Positions 44,984-55,247 of a stretch of 64,000 bases of DNA are shown here, one piece after another. Both the position numbers and the translations under genes were made by a program. This stretch comes from a virus (taxonomy: Duplodnaviria > Heunggongvirae > Uroviricota > Caudoviricetes). Positions within the stretch are counted from its first letter, which is position 1; the number at the start of each line of letters is the position of its first letter. The notes under the pieces were generated by a model. That model did no database searches. It saw nothing but the letters and a program-made list of their open reading frames with translations, and had not been told where the DNA came from. The stretch is taken from IMG/VR virus record IMGVR_UViG_3300044259_000172. One strand, 5' to 3'.

Positions 44984-45687
44984 TTAACCTGTATAAACCT
45001 ATGATTGCCAAATTTGGCCTTAGTGTCGATAATGCAACATGTCAAGGCTCCGCCAAAAACTGCTCCTGTATCGATATTAATTTGAGATGAAAGGACTGAT
45101 GGTTTATTATCAAGAGGAGTGTGACCATGTACCACAAAATACCCTCCTTCAAATTCTCCATCATAAGCATTTGATCGCCTGGACCAAATCAAAGTTTGCT
45201 CAGATTGTTCTTCAAGAGTAAGAGAAGGATCGAGACCTGCATGAACAAAAACTACATGATCAACTTGATAATAAAGTTTTGTATTCAAATAAAATTCTTC
45301 ATGTTCTTTAGAGAACAAATCTTGAAATTTGAGAGTATCCTTTGTATAGCCATAGGATTCAAGACACTGCCATCCTCCATTATATACCCAATTTTCCTGT
45401 GCAGACCTATTTCCCCGGAAAGCTTCAATCAAAAAATCCTCATGATTGCCTCGAAGAGTAGTCACTTTATTAATAGGACTATCATGATCTAGAATATTTT
45501 TCTGTAAATCAATGATATAATCTACTACACCTTTAGAATCAGGGCCTCGATCAATATAATCTCCCAGAAAAATAATTTCAGCCCCATCTTCAGGGTTCTT
45601 AATATCAGCATCTTCGAAAATCAATGGAATAATTTTCTCGAGAAGATCAAGGCGACCATGAATGTCGCCAATTGAATAAGTTAACAT
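44980..45687 (-). CDS. Ser/Thr protein phosphatase-type metallophosphatase (lambda PPase/ApaH-like)
   Basis: GDIHG, GDYIDRGP, GNHE motifs. Confidence 0.7.
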   Translation of the reverse strand: MLTYSIGDIHGRLDLLEKIIPLIFEDADIKNPEDGAEIIFLGDYIDRGPDSKGVVDYIIDLQKNILDHDSPINKVTTLRGNHEDFLIEAFRGNRSAQENWVYNGGWQCLESYGYTKDTLKFQDLFSKEHEEFYLNTKLYYQVDHVVFVHAGLDPSLTLEEQSEQTLIWSRRSNAYDGEFEGGYFVVHGHTPLDNKPSVLSSQINIDTGAVFGGALTCCIIDTKAKFGNHRFIQVK

Positions 45688-45735
45688 ATTTGTAATCCTC
45701 TATTTAATTTAGATTGATCTTAACACATAAATTGA

Positions 45736-46653
45736 TTAATGTACAATCCTTTGTTCAAGTTCTTTTCTAAATTGTACGACCCCCGATCCCAAATTTCCTC
45801 CTAAATTATCAACTTCATTATCTAGAAGACTTCTAACTTGGTGTTCAACTGGAGAAGCATGCATCGGTTTTGAAACAATTAATCTATCAAATAGCTTGAG
45901 ATCATCCTGAATAGTAGGTCTATTTCCATCATGAGTTAAATATGAAACTCTTGCACATCTAGCCGCAGAAATTCTTTTTACCATTTCAATCAAATGATAA
46001 CTATTTCTTTTCACAATTTCTAAATTATTAGAATTATTTGAATTTTCAGCTTCCCAAATACCAGTTGCCACTAGATGATCTGTTACCGCATAATAATCAT
46101 ATTCTCTAATAAAAGGTAAATGCCATTCATCGGCATATAGTTGTCTAGGTTCACTAGAAATGACGATATCATTCATTTTATATGCTAATTCTTGAAATTC
46201 AGGTTGAGCATCTGGATGGGCTCTAAGTTCAAAGAAATTATCCATATCAGTTGCTGTCATAATTACAGTAATATGAGACCAAGGTTCAATTACTCTATTG
46301 ACAATTTGCTTATGAACCCCAGTCCAATAAAGCAGATATGCTAGTCCAATTGCAGTATATCCTGAAAGTTTCCAAACTGATTGAGCCAAGAATTTCTTGA
46401 AAGGCGACAATTCAACCTTTGCTTGCATCCCAGATTGATTTGCTCCCCAATGAACAGGAGAAGCCATATCATTCATAATATTTGACACAATTTTCTTAAA
46501 TGGAATAGCTCTTGAAGAAGCAGCATTTCTAGAAAATACTCGATGAGTCATGAATTCAGAATGAATAAATCGAGGATATTTCAGTTCCCATGTAGTTATT
46601 CTCTTTCCTGTAGTAGTAACAGAATCAAGCAAAAGTTTAGCAGAAATAGTCAT
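45736..46653 (-). CDS. thyX: flavin-dependent thymidylate synthase ThyX
   Basis: MTHRVFSRNAASSRAIP fits ThyX RHRx7-8S signature (RHRIASYNELSGRY). Confidence 0.6.
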   Translation of the reverse strand: MTISAKLLLDSVTTTGKRITTWELKYPRFIHSEFMTHRVFSRNAASSRAIPFKKIVSNIMNDMASPVHWGANQSGMQAKVELSPFKKFLAQSVWKLSGYTAIGLAYLLYWTGVHKQIVNRVIEPWSHITVIMTATDMDNFFELRAHPDAQPEFQELAYKMNDIVISSEPRQLYADEWHLPFIREYDYYAVTDHLVATGIWEAENSNNSNNLEIVKRNSYHLIEMVKRISAARCARVSYLTHDGNRPTIQDDLKLFDRLIVSKPMHASPVEHQVRSLLDNEVDNLGGNLGSGVVQFRKELEQRIVH

Positions 46654-46655
46654 AT

Positions 46656-47039
46656 TTAAATTGTTACCTTATCTAAAAGTTGAATAATTATGTCAGAAAG
46701 ATCATCTACTCCTAAAGCTTCGGAATATGAAATTCCAGTTTTAGATAAAATATTCTGTAAATGTTCTTTTAAAAGATCTTCCAAAATTTCATTCTGATAA
46801 TTATCAGATTCCGAAATAACAGCAGAAGAGAAATAATTAGGTTTTGAAAGTCTACCTCCAGTTACATGATAATAAACCTTTGGAACTTCATTCATAATAA
46901 AATAAAAATCAGTTAACTCTTTCCAAATTTCATCAGGAATTTTCAAGTTTGGATAGAGTTCTTTCCAGAACTCTTCCGACGAAAGTTTTAGAGTTTCCTC
47001 ATGATTATCCTTTAAGGAGTTTTGAATTTCGTTTTTCAT
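46656..47039 (-). CDS. hypothetical protein (127 aa)
   Basis: ORF track. Confidence 0.5.
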   Translation of the reverse strand: MKNEIQNSLKDNHEETLKLSSEEFWKELYPNLKIPDEIWKELTDFYFIMNEVPKVYYHVTGGRLSKPNYFSSAVISESDNYQNEILEDLLKEHLQNILSKTGISYSEALGVDDLSDIIIQLLDKVTI

Positions 47040-47190
47040 CTAAGGTTTTTTCTAAAATTTGCAGTGTTTGATTATCATGATCCTTAGATCCATCAATCAA
47101 ATAACCCTTTTGTTTTTCAGTTTTATAAGCCATTGACATTTTTAATTCTTTGATTTTCTCTTGGAGAGAAATTACGGTTTCACAAGTCAT
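47005..47190 (-). CDS. hypothetical protein (61 aa)
   Basis: ORF track. Confidence 0.4.
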   Translation of the reverse strand: MTCETVISLQEKIKELKMSMAYKTEKQKGYLIDGSKDHDNQTLQILEKTLDEKRNSKLLKG

Positions 47191-47192
47191 TT

Positions 47193-47645
47193 TTAATCCT
47201 TAAATTCAAATGGAGTAGTTTCCAAAATTTTACGATGTCTAGGCTCAGGAGCTACCCATCCTTCAGGTTTAATAACATCCAACCCATTTGTATTCGGTCT
47301 AGAAGCCTTTGAACCTCTCACTTTTTCCATATTTGCAGATTGAACTGCATCCCAGTGGGCATCCCCATTTACCTTCATGAGATCAAGAGTTCCTACAGCA
47401 AAATAAATCAAATCGATCAAAGCATCAATAAGACCTACAGTATCTCGCTCTTCAATTGCAATAAGACCTTCATCCAATTCTTCTCGAATCATAACATCCA
47501 AACGTTGGCGAAGATTATGGACTGTAGGTTCCCAGTCTTTATTGAATTCAAATTTTTCATGAAATGCTTGAAGATCAGAAAAAAGTTTTGTTTTCATTGT
47601 ATTAATGTATTGATTATTTTGAGCATAATTTGTGGTAATATTCAT
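47193..47645 (-). CDS. MazG-like all-alpha NTP pyrophosphohydrolase (possible dCTPase/dUTPase analogue of T4 gp56)
   Basis: IREELDEGLIAIEERDTVGLIDALIDLIYFAVG matches the MazG/HisE EE.GE...A......EL.DvL motif. Confidence 0.55.
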   Translation of the reverse strand: MNITTNYAQNNQYINTMKTKLFSDLQAFHEKFEFNKDWEPTVHNLRQRLDVMIREELDEGLIAIEERDTVGLIDALIDLIYFAVGTLDLMKVNGDAHWDAVQSANMEKVRGSKASRPNTNGLDVIKPEGWVAPEPRHRKILETTPFEFKD

Positions 47646-48508
47646 AAAAATTCTTTCATATTGTATGATTTAGTAAAGTCTCCATAGAGAACATAAATGG
47701 AACTTTTAGTATTAATTCGCTTGACGTCATTTAAATTTAAAGATCTTACTCCGTCAAAAGATCTTATTTCTGATGAACCTTTATAAATTTCATCATCATT
47801 ACTAGTTTTATAATTACAGATTATACTACAAATATTCTTCCTTTTAAACAGAAATGTACAGTAATCATCTATAAATTTTAAATCTTCATGGTTAAATACT
47901 CCACCTTTTACAGAATAATCATCATAAGAAGCTGTAATATAAGGAGGATCAAAGAAATATAAATCTACTGAAGTTGAAGATTGTTCAAGAAATACTTTAT
48001 AATCTAATTCTTTAATATTTTGAAATCTAGAAGAAATAAATTTTATTGATTTCAATCTTGCATCAAATTGAGCAGATTTCGTAAAGAAATGCCAAGTTGA
48101 AGTATATTTTCCATATTTGTTAAGTCTATAAAGACCAAAGTGGGCACAATTTTGAAGATACCAAAATAGAACCGCTCTATTTAAAGTATTGATTTCGGTC
48201 TCATTGAATTCATCTCTCTTTTGATAAAAGAAATCATGACTATTCATATTTTTATCTGTTAATATAATTCTTGATAAATCTTCAAATTCTTGAGAATTAC
48301 ACCATCTATAAAGATTGATGATATCGAAATTCAGATCATTGCCAAAACAAGAACCTTCTTTTCCAAAAAATCCTGAAATTAATCCTGTCCCCATAAATGG
48401 TTCTACTATAGAAATTTTAGAAGATCCGAGGATTTCCCGGATCTTCTTTTTCTCCTTCAATTTAGAACCAGCCCATTTAAATGGGCTTAGTTTAAGTTGG
48501 TCATTCAT
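47642..48508 (-). CDS. dam: DNA N6-adenine methyltransferase (Dam); start revised to ATG 48508
   Basis: FKWAGSK near N-terminus and DPPY catalytic motif; ORF-track extension overlaps helicase gene. Confidence 0.8.
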   Translation of the reverse strand: MNDQLKLSPFKWAGSKLKEKKKIREILGSSKISIVEPFMGTGLISGFFGKEGSCFGNDLNFDIINLYRWCNSQEFEDLSRIILTDKNMNSHDFFYQKRDEFNETEINTLNRAVLFWYLQNCAHFGLYRLNKYGKYTSTWHFFTKSAQFDARLKSIKFISSRFQNIKELDYKVFLEQSSTSVDLYFFDPPYITASYDDYSVKGGVFNHEDLKFIDDYCTFLFKRKNICSIICNYKTSNDDEIYKGSSEIRSFDGVRSLNLNDVKRINTKSSIYVLYGDFTKSYNMKEFL

Positions 48509-49919
48509 TAAATTTAAATCCTCCTGATTTCGTCTTATCAAAAATAGGAGAATCATTTATTTGAGATTTCGGAGTAGCTTTTTTATTTCCTTCGTAAAGT
48601 TTATCTTCAGGATTTAAATCTGTTCCTTCAATGATATTATCATCTACCTCAAAAACTGTCATTCTTGCCTTATCTACTCCTAGCATAATTCTTCGATATT
48701 TTGATTTATCATCATATCTAGATTTCAATTGTTTAATCATAATCAAACCCTTGGATTCATATTCTTCTGTATTAATGATCCCCCAAATAAGGTCGGCAGT
48801 CATAGGAACACCATGAGATTCGGAAGTATTTTCAAGAGACAAGTCGGAGGCATCTTGTCCTGAACGATTTGTCTGCATACCTGTCCAGATTACTAGATCA
48901 TTTTCCTGAGATAATCCTCTCAATTCTTCTGCAATTGCTTTATTGTAAGAATATAGATTTGATGGATCCTTCACTCTAACAGAAGCGCAGATAGAAAGAT
49001 AATCTACAATTACAATTTTAGGTTTAAATCCCTTTTTAATCTGAAGATCTTTTAAAAGAGCTCTAAAATGATTTGCATTTGCTGAAGTCATAGGATATTC
49101 TTTGATGAATAACCTTCCTTCAGTATGAGATTTAATATCGGATATCTTTTGAAGATAATGAGGCTTTAGAATTGATCTAACTTCAGAAATTTTAAGATGA
49201 GTTAGATTTGCATCAATTCTTTCACGAATTTTAAATTCGGACATTTCCAAAGTGATATAAAGAACATCATATCCTTGATGAAGATATGAAGCTGCAAAAT
49301 CACATAAAAATCCGGTTTTAAATGTATTTGTTCCACCCATAAAAATATTCAAGGATTTTGTTGGAACTCCACCTTGAGTAATTTTATTGAAAATAGGAAG
49401 TTTAAATGGAATTAGATGTTCTTTTGAATTATAAGCATCATGGGCCTTTTCAGCATCTTCAAAATAATCATGACCTACTGTATTATCAAATGAAATTGCA
49501 AGAGCATCTTTAACGAGATCAGGAATTGCATCTCGAGGAGTATTTTTATCTCCGCCATCATAAATTTGAATGGCGGAAGAAATTGCTAAATAAAGAGCTC
49601 TATCTTGGCAAAATTTTTCTGCCAAAGATTTAATCCATTCATCTTTCATCTTATAACGATTCATAAGATGAGTTTCATTTAGATTTTTGAACTCTTCGAT
49701 ATCATGATCATTAAGATCATTTCTTTTTCTTACTTCAATATTCAATTCTTCAGGTGAAGGAATTGACCCATAGTTATTAGCATAACTCTGAATCTCTTCA
49801 TAAACAGCCTTTTCAACTTTTTCTTCAAAGTATTCAGGCTTTATATAAGGAAGTACTTCTCTTGAAAAATTATCATTATGAATTAATGCATTAAGAATTG
49901 CCTGAGATTTTGATGTCAC
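48501..49919 (-). CDS. gp41: replicative DNA helicase (T4 gp41, DnaB family)
   Basis: Walker A GGTNTFKTGF, DnaB-like H3/H4 motifs, size 472 aa, position next to uvsX. Confidence 0.85.
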   Translation of the reverse strand: MTSKSQAILNALIHNDNFSREVLPYIKPEYFEEKVEKAVYEEIQSYANNYGSIPSPEELNIEVRKRNDLNDHDIEEFKNLNETHLMNRYKMKDEWIKSLAEKFCQDRALYLAISSAIQIYDGGDKNTPRDAIPDLVKDALAISFDNTVGHDYFEDAEKAHDAYNSKEHLIPFKLPIFNKITQGGVPTKSLNIFMGGTNTFKTGFLCDFAASYLHQGYDVLYITLEMSEFKIRERIDANLTHLKISEVRSILKPHYLQKISDIKSHTEGRLFIKEYPMTSANANHFRALLKDLQIKKGFKPKIVIVDYLSICASVRVKDPSNLYSYNKAIAEELRGLSQENDLVIWTGMQTNRSGQDASDLSLENTSESHGVPMTADLIWGIINTEEYESKGLIMIKQLKSRYDDKSKYRRIMLGVDKARMTVFEVDDNIIEGTDLNPEDKLYEGNKKATPKSQINDSPIFDKTKSGGFKFNE

Positions 49920-49930
49920 TGTAAAATAAA

Positions 49931-50263
49931 TTATTTCTTTTGTAGAAGTTTTTCACATTCAAGTTTGAATATAAATGATATTACATTAAAAAGAATAGAA
50001 AGTAAATCTCTATTTTCTCTAGAAATATTCTTTGGATTTTCTATAATATCAAAAGCAAAAGATAAATTATTCGACATTTCATCAAAATAAGCACTCCCAA
50101 ATTTAATTACGGTTCCTTGAAAAGGAGGAAAAGATGAATTAAATTTAAATAGACCTCTACTATTTTCTTTATCAATAATAACATCTATTGGATAAAGAGA
50201 TTCTACATGTTCTTTGATGATTTCATCAAGATCTTCATTTATCAAAGAATTGTTTTTATTCAT
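49931..50263 (-). CDS. hypothetical protein (110 aa)
   Basis: ORF track. Confidence 0.45.
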   Translation of the reverse strand: MNKNNSLINEDLDEIIKEHVESLYPIDVIIDKENSRGLFKFNSSFPPFQGTVIKFGSAYFDEMSNNLSFAFDIIENPKNISRENRDLLSILFNVISFIFKLECEKLLQKK

Positions 50264-50312
50264 AATTTATTAACCTTTCATTATCAAAGGAAGTCTGAGA
50301 TTTAACTCAGAC

Positions 50313-51449
50313 TTATTCTACTTCATCATCAGATTCTTCAGATATAGAAGTAAGCAACTCATCATCAGATATAATATCAGATTCAGGAAGTTTATACTTT
50401 TCAATTAACTTTTCTCGGAAATTTGAATTTGCAAATAATTCATCGAACCAAGAATTTGTAATTTCCCTTTTAAACCATGACTTCGAATCTTCAATTATTT
50501 CGCCAGTAGTTTTATCAAACATAAGCCTCTTATATCTACCATTCGAAGGTTTTTCAATAACCCCAAGTTCAAGACCAATATCCAAAAGACCAGTATATTT
50601 ATTGATCCCGCCTTTAAAATTAACAGTAATAGGAATAATTGATCCCTCTTTTACATATCTAGATTTTTCAATTTTAATTTTGAATGTAAATCCAGAAAGA
50701 GCATCTTTCTTTGTATTTTCATCCTTTTCCGTTTCTTTAGATTTGGAAATAAAGAAAATATTTGTTGCTGAATAAGTTCCACCTGTTCCACCACCCATAA
50801 TAGTTTTTGGGAACATTCCGATTTCAGAATAAACGTGATTGATAGCAATACAAGGAATATCTTGAAGAGTGAAGTAAGGGGTTACCATGCGGAACAATCC
50901 TTTTAGGGCCTTCGCTCTAGACATATCAGCTACTGATTTTTCGTCAATAGCATCCTGAAGTTCTTTCTTAGAAGCCAAATTACCAATAGAGTCAATTAGA
51001 ATGCATACCTTTTCTTTAGGAAGCTTCTTTTTGATATTTTCTATATTTTGTTCTTTGATAGCTTCAAGCTTATTTACGATATCAAATTTAAATTCTTCGA
51101 CATTCGCAATGGGAACATGGATTACTCTAGACATATCAATTCCAGCTCCTCTCCAATAGGACAGGGTAGTACCAAATTCAGAATCGTAAAATATGCAATA
51201 TCCATCTGGATGTTTTTTCAAATAAGCCGAAACTGCAATCAATCCAAAAATAGTTTTGAAGTGTTTTGATGGAGCAGCAAAGAAATGAAGACCTGATCCC
51301 ATTCCACCAAATGGATCTCCTGAAAATGCAACATTAATACCAAGAACTGATATCTCAGTAAGTTCTTTTTCATTAAAAAGAACACTTTCATCAAGAGGAG
51401 CTGAAGCAGTATTTTGTTTAACTAGTTTTTTAAAAAATTCTTTAGACAA
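50313..51449 (-). CDS. uvsX: UvsX RecA-like recombinase
   Basis: extended identity to T4 UvsX: CIFYDSEFG, DSIGNLASKKE...MSRAKALKGLFRMVTPYF, IPCIAINHVY. Confidence 0.9.
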   Translation of the reverse strand: MSKEFFKKLVKQNTASAPLDESVLFNEKELTEISVLGINVAFSGDPFGGMGSGLHFFAAPSKHFKTIFGLIAVSAYLKKHPDGYCIFYDSEFGTTLSYWRGAGIDMSRVIHVPIANVEEFKFDIVNKLEAIKEQNIENIKKKLPKEKVCILIDSIGNLASKKELQDAIDEKSVADMSRAKALKGLFRMVTPYFTLQDIPCIAINHVYSEIGMFPKTIMGGGTGGTYSATNIFFISKSKETEKDENTKKDALSGFTFKIKIEKSRYVKEGSIIPITVNFKGGINKYTGLLDIGLELGVIEKPSNGRYKRLMFDKTTGEIIEDSKSWFKREITNSWFDELFANSNFREKLIEKYKLPESDIISDDELLTSISEESDDEVE

Positions 51450-51475
51450 TTTATTCTTTCAATTTACAATAAAAG

Positions 51476-51682
51476 TTATGATGATTTTAAACTAATCAGT
51501 GGAATAGAATCTACAGTCCATTCCACTGATTCTTCCATTGATAACCAATCGTGATTATCAACATATTCTTGAATTTCCATATCAGAAGGAAGATCATCAA
51601 AGGCAACGCTTAACACATCATTATCTTGGGTAATAAATTCAATCAACCAAATCATATTATACTTTACCTTTATATTGTACAT
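51476..51682 (-). CDS. hypothetical protein (68 aa)
   Basis: ORF track. Confidence 0.4.
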   Translation of the reverse strand: MYNIKVKYNMIWLIEFITQDNDVLSVAFDDLPSDMEIQEYVDNHDWLSMEESVEWTVDSIPLISLKSS

Positions 51683-51690
51683 TGGAAATT

Positions 51691-51834
51691 TTAGATTGTA
51701 TCTCGAGCTACACTCTTAATATCACATCTAATAATTCCAATGTCACTCAATTCTCTGTCAGAAAGAGATCTTAATTCCTTGACAGTTCTATTATACTTTT
51801 TACTCTGTCTAATAAAATCTAATATATTTTTCAT
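51691..51834 (-). CDS. DUF1127-family small protein (47 aa, MKNILDFIRQSKKYNRTVKELRSLSDRELSDIGIIRCDIKSVARDTI), missed by ORF track
   Basis: hand translation; RTVxELxxLSDRELxDIGIxRxDI is the DUF1127 signature; GGAG RBS 8 nt upstream. Confidence 0.55.
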   Translation of the reverse strand: MKNILDFIRQSKKYNRTVKELRSLSDRELSDIGIIRCDIKSVARDTI

Positions 51835-51891
51835 AATATAAACTCCTTTTATTTCAATCATGAGTTTATATTATATCATGAAAATAAGACT

Positions 51892-51918
51892 AGAGCTATG
51901 TTGAAATGGTATAGCTCT
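51892..51918 (-). terminator. rho-independent terminator (8-bp stem agagctat/atagctct) followed by TTATTTT
   Basis: abuts stop codon of small ORF 51919..52064. Confidence 0.5.
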
Positions 51919-52064
51919 TATACCACATCAATCATTTTACGAAGACTATAAATTTTTCGATCCAATCTCATAATTTCCTGAATATTTCCGGTAAAATATT
52001 CATGAAATGCCTTATCAAGGTAAGACATATAAAGATCTACATACAATTCAAGTTTAAATTTCAT
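51919..52064 (-). CDS. small hypothetical protein (48 aa, MKFKLELYVDLYMSYLDKAFHEYFTGNIQEIMRLDRKIYSLRKMIDVV)
   Basis: hand translation; AGGA RBS; terminator directly after stop. Confidence 0.35.
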
Positions 52065-52069
52065 GTGAT

Positions 52070-52645
52070 TTAATCCTTAATTAGTGTTTCGTATGGAAAT
52101 GGTAGACGCTGAGGTTGCCACAATGGATGATTAGGATAATATTCGTAAGGGACGTTTGATTCTTCTTTAGTAATTTTCTTAAGAATTTCGTTCCAAATCT
52201 TATCATTGGAATTTTTAGATTGTTTAAATTCTTCAGGAGGTTCTTCAGGACCTTCATCATAATCAGAAACTTTTCCATATTCATCTGAAGGAGGTTCTGC
52301 CTTTTCTACCTTTGGTTTATCAATAATATGAAGAGACATCCAAGATTCAATAGGAAGATTTTCTAGCCATTTTTCTAGAGTAGGAATAAATCCTAGATCT
52401 TCAATTACATGTTGTTCGGCAATATCTCGTACTGAGACTTGATCTCCAAAAGAATTTGTAATAGTATAACCAAAAACTTGTTCTACCACAAAAATACCGA
52501 ATGTAGAATGAAAAACTGCTCGGTGGCGAGGATCAGCTAGACCGATTTTTGATTGATCCATAAATTGATGAATTTCGATATAGTCATCAACTTCACCACC
52601 AAATTTTTTTACTGAATTTACTGCATGCACATAAGGTTTTGACAT
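52070..52645 (-). CDS. hypothetical protein (191 aa; acidic P/E-rich C-terminal half)
   Basis: ORF; good promoter and RBS (AAGGA) upstream. Confidence 0.5.
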   Translation of the reverse strand: MSKPYVHAVNSVKKFGGEVDDYIEIHQFMDQSKIGLADPRHRAVFHSTFGIFVVEQVFGYTITNSFGDQVSVRDIAEQHVIEDLGFIPTLEKWLENLPIESWMSLHIIDKPKVEKAEPPSDEYGKVSDYDEGPEEPPEEFKQSKNSNDKIWNEILKKITKEESNVPYEYYPNHPLWQPQRLPFPYETLIKD

Positions 52646-52670
52646 ATTTTTCCTTTTTAAATTATAATTG

Positions 52671-52699
52671 ATAATACATTAAAATTTATTGGTTGTACA
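52671..52699 (-). promoter_or_regulatory. sigma70-like promoter with TGTACA -35 (TGTACA-17-TATTAT); -35 sits in one arm of the hairpin that terminates the polymerase gene
   Basis: minus-sense TGTACAaccaataaattttaatgTATTATcaattataatttaaaaaggaaaaatATG. Confidence 0.45.
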
Positions 52700-52713
52700 T
52701 ATAAATTACAACC
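52691..52713 (-). terminator. hairpin (ggttgta-catataaat-tacaacc) overlapping stop codon of DNA polymerase gene
   Basis: 7-bp inverted repeat read directly; followed by A/T-rich tract. Confidence 0.45.
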
Positions 52714-55213
52714 ATGGATTTTCTTCTACATTACTTTCGGGTTTGATTCCGCAAATAGCAGCTACTTTATCCATAGGATTTTTAAAAGAATCTGCCCAAA
52801 TAAGATCATAATTCATGTCTTTTCTTAAGATTTCTTCTAATTCCAAAGGAATTTCATTTTTCCATCCAATGCAATTAGACATCGCAATATTTGGAGTTTT
52901 CAGTTTCATTAATTTAATTTTATCTCCTTCTACAATGTCTGAATATTTCTCTGTTAATTTAAGGTCTTTTATCATTTTATTATAAGCAATAGCACCTTTA
53001 GAATTGAATGGTGTTCCTTTGATAGGTCTTCCGTTTCCATCCAAATATTGAGAAATACCATTAACAGAAGAATTTGTAGCAATTTCATTAGGAGAAAATT
53101 TATAAAATAAAGATTCGAAAGAATTAATCTTTGAATAATAACCATCTCTTCCTTCAAAAAGAAGAGTTTTGAATACTTCAGTCATTTCATTTCTTAAAAC
53201 TTCAGGAGTAGAAGATTTGATAGCTTCCATTCCTGTAATTTTAATTTCTTCTCCTCTATCATAGAGGGCTCCTTCTTTATTCCGGATAGACATAATATAT
53301 CTTTTCTTGGCTACAAAAATAGCAGAGTCAGAGACTGCTTCTCTTTTCATATCAAGAGCACCTCTATCGATACAATTTAAATATTCAGCAAAATTTGCAA
53401 TTGATTTTGCAATTAATTTGTTAATATTTTCATCAGAAAATTTAGTGACAAATTCTAAAGCCTTTTCATTATCATAAATTTTTCCGAATTTCTTTTCTAC
53501 AATATCTCCAAGATCTACATAGATCGAATCTGTGTCAGAAGCAATAATTCTATCCTTTTTATCTCCCATCAATTTTTGAAGAGAAGCATTTACATCTCTA
53601 ATTACCCAACCGATCATAGATTGTCCACCCAAAGTGATTGCTTCTGCAATATCAATATCATAAAATCTAAAGAAACGAGCTCCTGTTACTCCATAAATAG
53701 AATTCAAAAGAACCTTCATAGCATTTTGATAAGTATCATATTCTTCGGAAAGTTCTTTATTATGATCTTTATCAGCTTGAACCTTCAAAGCCTTATATTT
53801 AGCTCTTTCTTTAAAAAGATATCTGATAACATCAGGCATAAATCCATCTTTATTTCTGATAAAGACTTGTCCATTTCCTGCGACAGTCCAATCATTTTCT
53901 AAGATTTCATCATTAACAAATGTCTTTCCTATAATAGAAGCAGGAGAAATTGGAAACTTCTTTTTAACCTTTGTTTCCGGAGAAATATTCATAGCTCTGA
54001 TAAGAGAAGGATATTCAGAAGTTACATCGAAAGAAACTACCCATCTATATTTTCCCGGAATTGTTTCTTTTACAGCAGCTCCTTCAAATTGAGCCATAGG
54101 AGGAGCTTCATATTTCCATTCAAAATACTTTCCTCTTTCCTTTAGAAAAGTATAAAACATCATGTCAATAATTCTCATATTCGTAAGAATATCTTCAAAA
54201 TTCGTATAAGAAATATAAGAAATTACCTGAGTGAGATAAATTAGCTTAAGTTTAGCTTCAAGTTGGACCAAAAGCCTAACGTCTTGAATATTATAAAGAA
54301 GAGCATCACTAAAATACTTTCTATAAAGCAGATGCCCCGGAATACCAGAATGATGCTTTAATTTTTCAGATTTTAATTCTACTTTAGCAATATAATCCAG
54401 AGTATATTGTTCTCTAGGTTTCTTGATAAACTTTTTATAAACTTCCTTATAATCAAGGATAGTAATACCTTTAAGAAGGATTTCTAGGGCAGGATTTCCA
54501 TAATCATCTTCCCCATCTCTAGTCTGAATGATTCCATAAGGAGAAAGTTTTTTAAATAAATCTTCATCTAAAAGTTTAAATGCTCTCTGATGAATATAGA
54601 CGATGTCGAAAAATTTAAAATTCCATCCGGTCATGATATCAGGATAATCCGAAGAATGAAATCTAATATATTTAGTCAAAAGTTCTTTTTCATCTTTACA
54701 TTTTACATAACCAACTTCATCTTCTTGTTCATCAAATTTATGAACAGGCTTATTATGCACATAAAAGCACGTATAAGATTTAGATCTAGTTGAAAATGTT
54801 GTGATAATGTTAATTTCTTCTCTTGCCCCGATAGGATCAATTTTACCGTGCTCAACGGTAGTTTCGATGTCTACATAATGAGTATGGACTAAAGAATAAT
54901 CTACCTTTTGATTTTTGAAATTTTCATAAATATAAGAATTGGCTACTTTTGAATAACCATAAACCGGAAAATTAGAAGAATCGTATTGTTCTATTAAGGC
55001 TTTTAATTCATATGGATTTTCATTTGAAGAAATCTTCACAAGAGGTTTACCAAAAATATCTTGAGCGTCAGGTTTTACCTGACTATCCCTAGATGTCATT
55101 TTAATAAAAATGTCCGGAGTATAATTCTTCACAATAGAATAAGAAACTCTATTATTTGAATCAATATATTTTACATGGATTTTGTTCTTGAAAGAAAAAT
55201 AATTTAAATACAA
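52706..55213 (-). CDS. gp43: family B DNA polymerase (T4 gp43)
   Basis: 835 aa; exonuclease and polymerase motifs including IIASDTDSIYV (DTDS) and K-x3-NSxYG-like SIYGVTG. Confidence 0.9.
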   Translation of the reverse strand: MYLNYFSFKNKIHVKYIDSNNRVSYSIVKNYTPDIFIKMTSRDSQVKPDAQDIFGKPLVKISSNENPYELKALIEQYDSSNFPVYGYSKVANSYIYENFKNQKVDYSLVHTHYVDIETTVEHGKIDPIGAREEINIITTFSTRSKSYTCFYVHNKPVHKFDEQEDEVGYVKCKDEKELLTKYIRFHSSDYPDIMTGWNFKFFDIVYIHQRAFKLLDEDLFKKLSPYGIIQTRDGEDDYGNPALEILLKGITILDYKEVYKKFIKKPREQYTLDYIAKVELKSEKLKHHSGIPGHLLYRKYFSDALLYNIQDVRLLVQLEAKLKLIYLTQVISYISYTNFEDILTNMRIIDMMFYTFLKERGKYFEWKYEAPPMAQFEGAAVKETIPGKYRWVVSFDVTSEYPSLIRAMNISPETKVKKKFPISPASIIGKTFVNDEILENDWTVAGNGQVFIRNKDGFMPDVIRYLFKERAKYKALKVQADKDHNKELSEEYDTYQNAMKVLLNSIYGVTGARFFRFYDIDIAEAITLGGQSMIGWVIRDVNASLQKLMGDKKDRIIASDTDSIYVDLGDIVEKKFGKIYDNEKALEFVTKFSDENINKLIAKSIANFAEYLNCIDRGALDMKREAVSDSAIFVAKKRYIMSIRNKEGALYDRGEEIKITGMEAIKSSTPEVLRNEMTEVFKTLLFEGRDGYYSKINSFESLFYKFSPNEIATNSSVNGISQYLDGNGRPIKGTPFNSKGAIAYNKMIKDLKLTEKYSDIVEGDKIKLMKLKTPNIAMSNCIGWKNEIPLELEEILRKDMNYDLIWADSFKNPMDKVAAICGIKPESNVEENPWL

Positions 55214-55247
55214 TTGATCTTGATTTCCTTTATTTTATAAATAGTTT

